Positions 7,168 to 13,670 of a stretch of DNA of 13,670 nt are shown here, piece by piece. Each line of letters starts with the position of its first letter. Position 1 is the stretch's first letter. Below the pieces are notes generated by a model that was not told the origin of the DNA, ran no database searches, and saw only the letters and a program-made list of their open reading frames with translations. Source of the DNA: a virus (Duplodnaviria; Heunggongvirae; Uroviricota; Caudoviricetes). The position numbers were made by a program, and so were the translations under genes. The stretch is taken from IMG/VR virus record IMGVR_UViG_2541047435_000009. One strand, given 5' to 3'.

Positions 7168-7435
7168 TCCCTTTTCCCGGCTGGCAGCGCGTATGGATGC
7201 TATCACGGTCAGAAAGATGGGAAAGACAGCCTCGATTAATGATGTCGATATGACTGTGATCCCGGGAGAAACACTGGCAGAGCTGAATGCTCTGTCCGGA
7301 CCTGCGGTCTCTCTGGTGGTGTTTTCTTCGGGATACCGCCCACGGCGCGGGGATCGCGTTGTTTATGACGGACAACAATGGACGGTCACACGGCATGAAC
7401 GCTTTAACGGTAAGCCAATGATCTTTATTGAGTAA
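7160..7435 (+). CDS. FII: head completion / head-tail joining protein (gpFII-like)
   Basis: 91 aa; ...PRRGDRVVYDGQQWTV... parallels lambda FII ...LRRGDTLTIGEENFWV.... Overlaps the upstream stop (ATGTCTGA). Confidence 0.7.
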   Translation: MSDPFSRLAARMDAITVRKMGKTASINDVDMTVIPGETLAELNALSGPAVSLVVFSSGYRPRRGDRVVYDGQQWTVTRHERFNGKPMIFIE

Positions 7436-7446
7436 AGAGGTGTGGG

Positions 7447-8025
7447 ATGAAGGGGCTTGAGAATGCCATCCGCAATCTGAACAGCCTTGATACCCGTATG
7501 GTGCCACAGGCCAGCGCATGGGCGATAAACCGTGTGGCACAGAAAGCGGGCTCGGTTGCCACCCGGCAGGTTGCCGGGAATACCGTTGCGGGAGATAACC
7601 AGGTGAAAGGGATCCCCCTGAAACTGGTTCGTCAGCGTGTCCGGGTGTTTAAAGCCAGTCCGTCAGGAAAAATGACGGCCAGGATCCGCGTTAACCGGGG
7701 CAATCTGCCCGCCATTAAGCTGGGGACAGCCCGGGTCAGACTGGCCCAGCGTGGTGGAAAACTGCAGTACCGTGGCAGTGTGCTGAAGGTGGGTAAATAT
7801 CTTTTCCGGGATGCGTTTATTCAGCAACTGGCGAATGGTCGCTGGCATGTGATGCGGCGTATTGATGGCAAAAATCGTTACCCCATTGATGTGGTGAAAA
7901 TCCCGCTGTCCGGACCGCTGACACAGGCATTTGAAGATGCCCGCGACCGCATCATTGCTGCGGAAATGCCGAAACAGCTGGGGTATGCACTGAAACAACA
8001 ACTGAGGTTATGGCTGACCCGATGA
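7447..8025 (+). CDS. Z: tail completion protein (gpZ-like)
   Basis: 192 aa, the same length as lambda Z, with extensive identity, e.g. ...NGRWHVMRRIDGKNRYPIDVVKIPLSGPLT... versus lambda ...NGRWHVMQRVAGKNRYPIDVVKIPMAVPLT.... Confidence 0.92.
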   Translation: MKGLENAIRNLNSLDTRMVPQASAWAINRVAQKAGSVATRQVAGNTVAGDNQVKGIPLKLVRQRVRVFKASPSGKMTARIRVNRGNLPAIKLGTARVRLAQRGGKLQYRGSVLKVGKYLFRDAFIQQLANGRWHVMRRIDGKNRYPIDVVKIPLSGPLTQAFEDARDRIIAAEMPKQLGYALKQQLRLWLTR

Positions 8026-8423
8026 ACCGACATACACAAATCCGCCAGGTCGTACTGGCACGCCTTCGGGAACAGTGTGGAGACAGCGCCACGTTTTTTG
8101 ACGGGCTTCCGGCATTTGTTGATGCGCAGGAACTGCCTGCCGTGGCGGTGTGGCTGAGTGATGCTCAGTACACCGGAAAAATGACGGATGAAGATGACTG
8201 GCAGGCTGTTCTGCATATTGCTGTCTTCATCCGGGCACAGGCACCGGATTCAGAGCTGGATATGTGGATGGAGAGCACCATTTTCCCGGCCCTGAATGAT
8301 GTATCGGCACTTTCCGGACTCATCGACACCCTGATCCCACTCGGTTTTAACTATCAACGTGATAATGAGATGGCCACCTGGGCGATGGCGGAAATCACGT
8401 ACCAGATCACGTACACGAATTAA
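8022..8423 (+). CDS. U: tail terminator protein (gpU-like)
   Basis: MNRHTQIRQVVLARL...ATFFDG...PAVAVWL...YTG...PDSELDMWMES... aligns with lambda U (MKHTELRAAVLDAL...ATFFDG...PAVAVYL...PDSELDAWMES...). ATG 8022 overlaps the Z stop (ATGA); the ORF-track start at 8010 is a possible alternative. Confidence 0.9.
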   Translation: MNRHTQIRQVVLARLREQCGDSATFFDGLPAFVDAQELPAVAVWLSDAQYTGKMTDEDDWQAVLHIAVFIRAQAPDSELDMWMESTIFPALNDVSALSGLIDTLIPLGFNYQRDNEMATWAMAEITYQITYTN

Positions 8424-8433
8424 GGAGGTGGTA

Positions 8434-9177
8434 ATGACCACGCCAAATCCACTGGCAAAGACGAAAGGTGCGGGGACGACGTTCTGGATGTATACCGGCA
8501 ACGGCGATGCGTTTGCGAACCCTTTGTCGGACACTGACTGGCTGCGTCTTGCGATGGTGAAGGATCTGCAACCTGGCGAAATGACCGCTGATGCAGAAGA
8601 TGACACTTATCTCGATGATGAAGATGCAGACTGGAAAACGACAACCCAGGGGCAGAAATCCGTTGGTGATACTTCGGCGACGCTGGCCTGGCGTCCGGGT
8701 GACAGCGGGCAGAAAAAACTGGTTCAGTTGTTCGACTCCGGTGAAGTCTGCGCGTTTCGTATCAAATATCCCAACGGCACTGTTGATGTTTTCCGCGGCT
8801 GGCTGAGCTCACTGGGTAAAACCATTGCCTCAAAAGACGTGATGACCCGCACAGTGAAAATCAGCGGTGTGGGGCGTCCATATCTGGCAGAGGAGGGCAC
8901 TGAAACTGTGGGCGTTACCGGGCTGACGGTGGCACCGGCATCCGCCAGTGTCAATGTGGGAGCAACCACCACGCTGACCTTTACAGTAAAACCTGACGGA
9001 GCCAGTGACAAAGCGATCAGTGTGCATTCGACAGATCCACAGACAGCCACTGTGACCCTGAACGGACTTGTGGCCACGGTGAAAGGCGTGAAGCAGGGCA
9101 GCGTCAGCATTGTGGGCATGACCGCTGACGGGAATTTTGTGGCTGTGGCTGCGGTGACTGTCAGCGCTGCAGGTTAA
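8434..9177 (+). CDS. V: major tail protein (gpV-like) with C-terminal Ig-like (Big_2-type) domain
   Basis: 247 aa; MTTPNPLAKTKGAGTTFWMY...YLDDEDADW...FPNGTVDVFRGW... is near-collinear with lambda V ([20 protein letters not shown]...). AGGAGG at 8423-8428 precedes ATG 8434. Confidence 0.95.
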   Translation: MTTPNPLAKTKGAGTTFWMYTGNGDAFANPLSDTDWLRLAMVKDLQPGEMTADAEDDTYLDDEDADWKTTTQGQKSVGDTSATLAWRPGDSGQKKLVQLFDSGEVCAFRIKYPNGTVDVFRGWLSSLGKTIASKDVMTRTVKISGVGRPYLAEEGTETVGVTGLTVAPASASVNVGATTTLTFTVKPDGASDKAISVHSTDPQTATVTLNGLVATVKGVKQGSVSIVGMTADGNFVAVAAVTVSAAG

Positions 9178-9197
9178 CAGGACGATACTCATCATTT

Positions 9198-9221
9198 GCC
9201 CCGGTTATCCGGGGCTTTTTT
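9198..9221 (+). terminator. intrinsic terminator-like hairpin between V and G
   Basis: Perfect 7-bp GC-rich stem GCCCCGG / CCGGGGC, loop TTAT, followed by TTTTTT. Confidence 0.6.
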
Positions 9222-9234
9222 GCAGGTGGAGAAC

Positions 9235-9624
9235 ATGATGTTTCTGAAACAGGGCACGTTTAATTATGAAAAGCAGTCCGTGGTGCTCAGTGAGCTGTCC
9301 GGGCTGCAGAGAATTGAATATCTGGCGTTTGTTCAGCAGCGAACGGCAAAGTTTGATGCCGAAGAGGGAGAACTGCCGGAGGCTGAACGACAGATTGCTT
9401 TTCTGCGGATGGGGATGGATATCAATGCCTGGCTGGTTTCCCGCTCACTGTGGAATGCGGAACAGTCTCAGGATGTTGAGACGCTTTGCGCATCCGTTAT
9501 TACAACATGGTCGTATGATGCCCTGGGAGCGGGGGCGGAGATGGTTCTGTCGCTGAGCGGTATGGGAGCCATTGAGAATGCCGGGGATTTGGAGCATGAG
9601 GTGCTGACGCCGGAAAAGTCCTGA
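9235..9624 (+). CDS. G: tail assembly chaperone (gpG-like)
   Basis: MMFLKQGTFNYEKQSVVLSELSGLQRIEYLAF... matches lambda G (MFLKTESFEHNGVTVTLSELSALQRIEHLAL...). Start at ATG 9235 or 9238. Confidence 0.85.
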   Translation: MMFLKQGTFNYEKQSVVLSELSGLQRIEYLAFVQQRTAKFDAEEGELPEAERQIAFLRMGMDINAWLVSRSLWNAEQSQDVETLCASVITTWSYDALGAGAEMVLSLSGMGAIENAGDLEHEVLTPEKS

Positions 9625-9962
9625 CGCGGGAAATGCAGTTTGTCATGCGGCTTGCCCGGGAGTTCCGGCGGGCAGACTGGCGGCGGATGCTGTCGGAAAT
9701 GTCGGCCACTGAGCTTGGTGAGTGGGGCGATTATTTCCGGATGCAGAGCTTCAGTGATGTGTGGATGGATGCGCAGTTTGCCTCGCTGAAGGCATTGATC
9801 GTGAGAATGGTGTCCGGTAGCAGTGATGCTGCGGTGGCTGATTTCAGCCTTTTACCGGAAGAGAACGGGATACCGGAGCGAACGGACGAAGAACTGATGC
9901 ATCTTGGGGAAGGTATTTCCGGAGGTGTGCGTTATGGACCAGATAGCCAACCTGGTCATTGA
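9235..9962 (+). CDS. T: tail assembly chaperone G-T fusion, made by programmed -1 ribosomal frameshift near 9612-9618
   Basis: The -1 frame is open only from 9600 and runs to the stop at 9960-9962, while G stops at 9622-9624. A-rich GGAAAAG (9612-9618) lies in the overlap. The G/T frameshift is conserved in lambda-like tail operons. Confidence 0.7.
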
Positions 9963-12900
9963 TTTGGGGATTGATGCGGCAGAGTTTAAAAATGAAATTC
10001 CCCGTATCAAAAACCTTCTGAATGGTGCAGCCAGCGATGCAGAACGGTCTTCTGCCCGTATGCAGCGTTTTATGGAGCGTCAGACTCAGGCCGCCCGGCA
10101 GACAATGCAGGCGGCTTCTTCGGCTGCAACAGCCGCATCCGTCCATGCGCAGACGGTGGAGAAGAGCGCACAGGCTCATGAACGCATGGCCCGCGAGGTG
10201 GAGCAAACCCGCCAGCGTATGGAGGCACTGAGCCAGAAAATGCGCGAGGAACAGGCGCAGGCCATGGCTCTGGCGGAGGCTCAGGATAAAGCGGCTGCTG
10301 CGTTTTATCGTCAGATTGACAGTGTGAAACAGGCCGGTGCGGGGCTGCAGGAATTACAGCGTATTCAGCAACAGATCCGACAGGCCAGAAACAGTGGCGG
10401 GATTGGTCAGCAGGATTATCTGGCGCTGATTTCTGAGGTTACGGCGAAAACCCGTGTTCTTACACAGGCTGAGGAAGAGGCTACCCGACAGAAAGTGGCG
10501 TTTATCCGTCAGCTTAAAGAGCAGGCAACCCGCCAGAATCTTTCTTCTTCTGAGTTGCTTCGTGCTAAGGCTGCCCAGCTGGGGGTAAGCAGTGCTGCAG
10601 AAGTGTATATCCGCAAAATGGAGCAGGCAGGAAAAGCCACGCATTCGCTGGGTCTGAAAAGTGCAGCAGCCCGTCAGGAGATAGGCGTTCTGATAGGTGA
10701 ACTGGCCCGCGGCAATTTAGGTGCGCTGAGGGGATCCGGAATAACGCTGGCTAACCGTGCCGGGTGGATAGACACACTGATGTCACCGAAAGGCATGATG
10801 CCAGGAGCGGTTATTGGCGGTATTGCCGCGGCTGTCTATGGTCTGGGTAAAGCCTGGTATGACGGTCAGAAGGAGGGGGAAGAATTTAACCGCCAGCTGT
10901 CGCTGACGGGGCATTATGCCGGAGTCACTGCCGGGCAGCTGTGGACGCTCAGTCGTGCTATTTCCGGGAATGGTATCACGCAACATGCTGCAGCCGGTGC
11001 GCTGGCTCAGGTGGTGGGGAGTGGTGCATTTCGTGGAAACGATATCGGTATGGTGGCGAGAGCTGCCGCACAGATGGAGCGATCGGTTGGCCAGTCGGTC
11101 AGCGATACCATAAATCAGTTTAAGCGGCTGAAGGATGATCCTGTAAATGCCGCGAAGGCTCTGGACAATGAGCTGCATTTTCTTACTGCCACTCAGCTTG
11201 AGCAGATACGCGTCCTTGGGGAGCAGGGGCGGTCCAGTGATGCTGCACGGATAGCCATGTCTGCACTGGCAGAGGAAACCGGTCGGCGTACTGCGGATAT
11301 TGATAATAACCTCAATGCGCTTGGCAGTACGCTGAAGTATCTGTCTGATTTGTGGAGTCGTTTCTGGGATGCGGCCATGAATATTGGTCGTGAAGACTCG
11401 CTGGATGAACAGATTGCCGCTTTACAGGAGAAAGTGTCGCGGGCGAAAAGACTCCCCTGGACGGCATCATCTTCTCAGGTTGAATACGATCAGCAGCGTC
11501 TTAACGATCTTCAGGAGAAAAAACGCCAGAAGGATTTGCAGGATGCAAAAGAGCAGGCAGAGCGGAATTATCAGGAGCAACAGAAACGCCGTAATGCTGA
11601 AAATGCTGCACTGAACCGGATGAATGAAACGGAAGCAGCACGACATCAGCGTGAAATAGCGCGTATTAATGCCATGCAGTACGCCGATCAGGCTGTCAGG
11701 GATGCGGCGATACAACGTGAAAATGAACGTTACGAGAAAGCCCTGGCATCCGGTAAGAAAAAAACACGCGAAACCCGTAATGATGAGGCCACCCGGTTAT
11801 TGCTGCAGTACAGTCAGCAACAGGCACAGGTGGAAGGACAGATTGCTGCTGCCAGACAGTCAGCAGGCATTGCCACGGAAAGGATGACAGAAGCGCGTAA
11901 ACAGCTTCTGGCTCTGCAGCAGCGCATCAGCGACCTGGACGGGAAAAAACTGACGGCAGATGAAAAGAGTGTGCTGGCCCGTAAAGATGAACTGATTCAG
12001 GCACTGACGCTGCTGGATGTAAAACAGCAGGAGCTTCAGAAACAGACGGCACTCAACGAGCTGAAGAAAAAAACAATTCAGCTGACCAGTCAACTGGCTG
12101 AAGAAGAGCGCGCTCAGCGTCAGCAACATGACCTGGATATCGCCACGGTGGGTATGGGTGATCAGCAGCGACAGCGATATCAGGTACAACTGAGTCTTCG
12201 CCAGAAATACCAGCAACAGCTGGAGCAGTTGAGGCGGGATAGTGAGCAGAAAGGGACATATAACACGGATGACTACAGAAAGGCCGAGCAGGCGCTGACG
12301 GAGAGCCTGAACCGACAACTGAATGAGAATCGCCGTTACTGGCAACAGCTTGAAGTTGTACAGGGTAACTGGAAAAACGGAGTCCTGCGTGCATTTCAGG
12401 ATTTTACCGTGGATGCAGATAATACGGCAGAAACAGCAGAACAGGTGTTCTCGTCAGCCTTCAGCAACATGGGAAATGGCCTGGCAACTTTTGTCACTAC
12501 CGGCAAACTCAATTTCAAATCCTTCACCTCTTCTGTGCTGTCAGATATGGCGAAAATCCTGGCGCAGGCAACCATGATGAAATCGATAAAAGGGATTGGC
12601 AGTGTACTGGGATTTGATCTCAGCAGCCTTTCCCTGAATGCCAATGGGGGGATTTATCAGTCTGCTGATTTGAGTCGTTACAGTGGCACGGTGGTTAACC
12701 GTCCGACGTTTTTTGCTTTTGCAAAAGGCGCGGGTGTGATGGGGGAAGCGGGACCTGAAGCCATTCTGCCATTGCGTCGTGGTGCTGACGGTAAGCTGGG
12801 GGTTGTGGCGGATATTGGGGGTTCAGGTATGGCGATGTTTTCCCCGCAGTACAACATCGAGATCAATAACGATGGCACGAACGGGCAGATAGGTCCGGCT

Positions 12901-12999
12901 GCCCTGAAGGCGGTTTATGACCTCGGGAAAAAAGCGGCAGCGGACTTTATGCAACAGCAGGCCCGTGATGGTGGTCGGTTAAGTGGAGCATATCGGTAA
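9934..12999 (+). CDS. H: tail tape measure protein (gpH-like)
   Basis: 1021 aa. N-terminus MDQIANLVIDLGIDAAEF matches lambda H (MAEPVGDLVVDLSLDAARF); C-terminus ...EINNDGTNGQIGPAALKAVYD...RDGG matches lambda H (...VINNDGTNGQIGPAALKAVYD...RDGG). Long Q/E/R/A-rich coiled-coil middle. GGAGG lies 8 nt upstream of ATG 9934. Confidence 0.95.
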   Translation: MDQIANLVIDLGIDAAEFKNEIPRIKNLLNGAASDAERSSARMQRFMERQTQAARQTMQAASSAATAASVHAQTVEKSAQAHERMAREVEQTRQRMEALSQKMREEQAQAMALAEAQDKAAAAFYRQIDSVKQAGAGLQELQRIQQQIRQARNSGGIGQQDYLALISEVTAKTRVLTQAEEEATRQKVAFIRQLKEQATRQNLSSSELLRAKAAQLGVSSAAEVYIRKMEQAGKATHSLGLKSAAARQEIGVLIGELARGNLGALRGSGITLANRAGWIDTLMSPKGMMPGAVIGGIAAAVYGLGKAWYDGQKEGEEFNRQLSLTGHYAGVTAGQLWTLSRAISGNGITQHAAAGALAQVVGSGAFRGNDIGMVARAAAQMERSVGQSVSDTINQFKRLKDDPVNAAKALDNELHFLTATQLEQIRVLGEQGRSSDAARIAMSALAEETGRRTADIDNNLNALGSTLKYLSDLWSRFWDAAMNIGREDSLDEQIAALQEKVSRAKRLPWTASSSQVEYDQQRLNDLQEKKRQKDLQDAKEQAERNYQEQQKRRNAENAALNRMNETEAARHQREIARINAMQYADQAVRDAAIQRENERYEKALASGKKKTRETRNDEATRLLLQYSQQQAQVEGQIAAARQSAGIATERMTEARKQLLALQQRISDLDGKKLTADEKSVLARKDELIQALTLLDVKQQELQKQTALNELKKKTIQLTSQLAEEERAQRQQHDLDIATVGMGDQQRQRYQVQLSLRQKYQQQLEQLRRDSEQKGTYNTDDYRKAEQALTESLNRQLNENRRYWQQLEVVQGNWKNGVLRAFQDFTVDADNTAETAEQVFSSAFSNMGNGLATFVTTGKLNFKSFTSSVLSDMAKILAQATMMKSIKGIGSVLGFDLSSLSLNANGGIYQSADLSRYSGTVVNRPTFFAFAKGAGVMGEAGPEAILPLRRGADGKLGVVADIGGSGMAMFSPQYNIEINNDGTNGQIGPAALKAVYDLGKKAAADFMQQQARDGGRLSGAYR

Positions 13000-13328
13000 T
13001 GGAGACGTTTCACTGGAAAGTGCGCCCGGATATGAATGTGGTATCAGAGCCGAAAGTGGTGACAGTGAAGCTGGGCGATGGTTATGAACAGCGTCGTGCG
13101 GCGGGACTGAATAACCAGTTGTCGACTTACAGCGTGACGATACGTGTTCGTAAATGTGAACACCCATCTTTAAAAGCCTTTCTGGAACGGCACGGTGGCG
13201 TCCGTGCATTTCAGTGGACGCCACCTTATGACTGGAAACCGATCAGGGTGGTTTGTCGTAAATGGTCGGCAAGCGTGGGGGCGCTGTGGGTAACCATAAC
13301 GGCAGATTTTGAACAGGTCGTGGCATAG
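12999..13328 (+). CDS. M: minor tail protein (gpM-like)
   Basis: 109 aa, the same length as lambda M. METFHWKVRPDMNVVSEPKV...GDGYEQR...HGG...WTPPY...ADFEQVV aligns with lambda MKTFRWKVKPGMDVASVPSV...GDGYSQR...HGG...WTPPY...AEFEQVV. TAATG overlap with the H stop. Confidence 0.92.
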   Translation: METFHWKVRPDMNVVSEPKVVTVKLGDGYEQRRAAGLNNQLSTYSVTIRVRKCEHPSLKAFLERHGGVRAFQWTPPYDWKPIRVVCRKWSASVGALWVTITADFEQVVA

Positions 13329-13337
13329 GAGGCTCTG

Positions 13338-13670
13338 ATGCAGGATATTCCACAGGAAACACATCATGAGACGACACGCCTCACTCAGTCAGCCCAGGCG
13401 GTGCTCTGGGAAATCGATCTGACAGAGGTCGGTGGTGAACGTTATTTTTTCTGTAATGAGCAGAACGAAAAAGGTGAGCCGGTTACCTGGCAGGGGCGGC
13501 AGTATCAGGCATACCCCATTCAGGGGACGGGATTTGAACTGAACGGCAAGGGCAGTTCTGCCCGTCCGACACTGACGGTTTCTAACCTGCACGGCATGGT
13601 CACGGGGATGGCGGAAGACCTGCAGAGTCTGGTCGGCGGAACGGTGGTCCGGCGTAAGGTTTACGCCCGT
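13338..13670 (+). CDS. L: minor tail protein (gpL-like), 5' fragment; continues beyond the window
   Basis: MQDIPQETHHETTRLTQSAQAVLWEIDLTEVGGERYFFCNEQNEKGEPVTWQGRQYQAYPIQG... is near-identical in pattern to the lambda L N-terminus (MQDIRQETLNECTRAEQSASVVLWEIDLTEVGGERYFFCNEQNEKGEPVTWQGRQYQPYPIQG...). AGGAGG lies 6 nt upstream. Confidence 0.92.
   Translation, partial: MQDIPQETHHETTRLTQSAQAVLWEIDLTEVGGERYFFCNEQNEKGEPVTWQGRQYQAYPIQGTGFELNGKGSSARPTLTVSNLHGMVTGMAEDLQSLVGGTVVRRKVYAR

Noticed and set aside
8359-8433. Longer start for the major tail gene at 8359, overlapping gpU
   Set aside because: Lambda V aligns from MTTPNP at 8434, which is preceded by AGGAGG; the extension is an arginine-rich out-of-frame read over the U gene.
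9266-9556. 96-aa + strand ORF in an alternative frame inside G
   Set aside because: Entirely nested in the gpG-like gene in another frame, with no homology signal or start context.
9904-9933. Longer tape-measure start at 9904 (MGKVFPEVCV...)
   Set aside because: The lambda H N-terminus aligns with MDQIANLVIDLGID beginning at 9934, which also has a GGAGG ribosome-binding site.
11860-12394. Minus-strand ORFs of 161 and 113 aa inside the tape measure gene
   Set aside because: They arise from the repetitive CAG/CTG-rich coiled-coil coding sequence; leucine-rich low-complexity translation, antisense to gpH.
10000-12400. Possible tandem DNA repeats in the tape measure gene (CAGCAG/GCAGGC-rich)
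   Set aside because: The periodicity reflects Q/A/E-rich coiled-coil coding, not a discrete tandem repeat or CRISPR-like array; no regular repeat-spacer structure is seen.
1-13670. Search for defence systems, toxin-antitoxin pairs, tRNAs, insertion sequences or moron cargo
   Set aside because: Every sizeable ORF is accounted for by a syntenic lambda-type morphogenesis gene and intergenic space is minimal; none of these element types is supported in this window.

Overview
This window is the late-gene junction of a lambda-like (lambdoid) siphovirus, almost certainly an integrated or circularised enterobacterial prophage. Reading left to right on the + strand: the 3' ends of the nested spanin genes Rz/Rz1, a cos site whose cosQ and cosN segments resemble lambda's, then a co-directional head and tail module: terminase small (Nu1-like) and large (gpA-like) subunits, gpW-like head-tail joining protein, lambda-family portal, a fused ClpP-like prohead protease/major capsid protein, a small DUF2190-like putative decoration protein, gpFII-like, gpZ-like, gpU-like, gpV-like major tail protein with a C-terminal Ig-like extension, gpG/gpGT tail assembly chaperones joined by a -1 frameshift, a 1021-aa tape measure protein (gpH-like), gpM-like and the start of gpL-like. 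I found no CRISPR array, tRNA, insertion sequence, defence system or moron cargo, and no novel system: this is a conserved, tightly packed morphogenesis operon. The points worth a second look are the cos architecture, a non-canonical G/T slip site, the protease-capsid fusion, two intrinsic terminator-like hairpins inside the operon, and a CxxC pair in the large terminase. All homology statements come from recalled lambda protein and cos sequences compared by eye, not from a database search.
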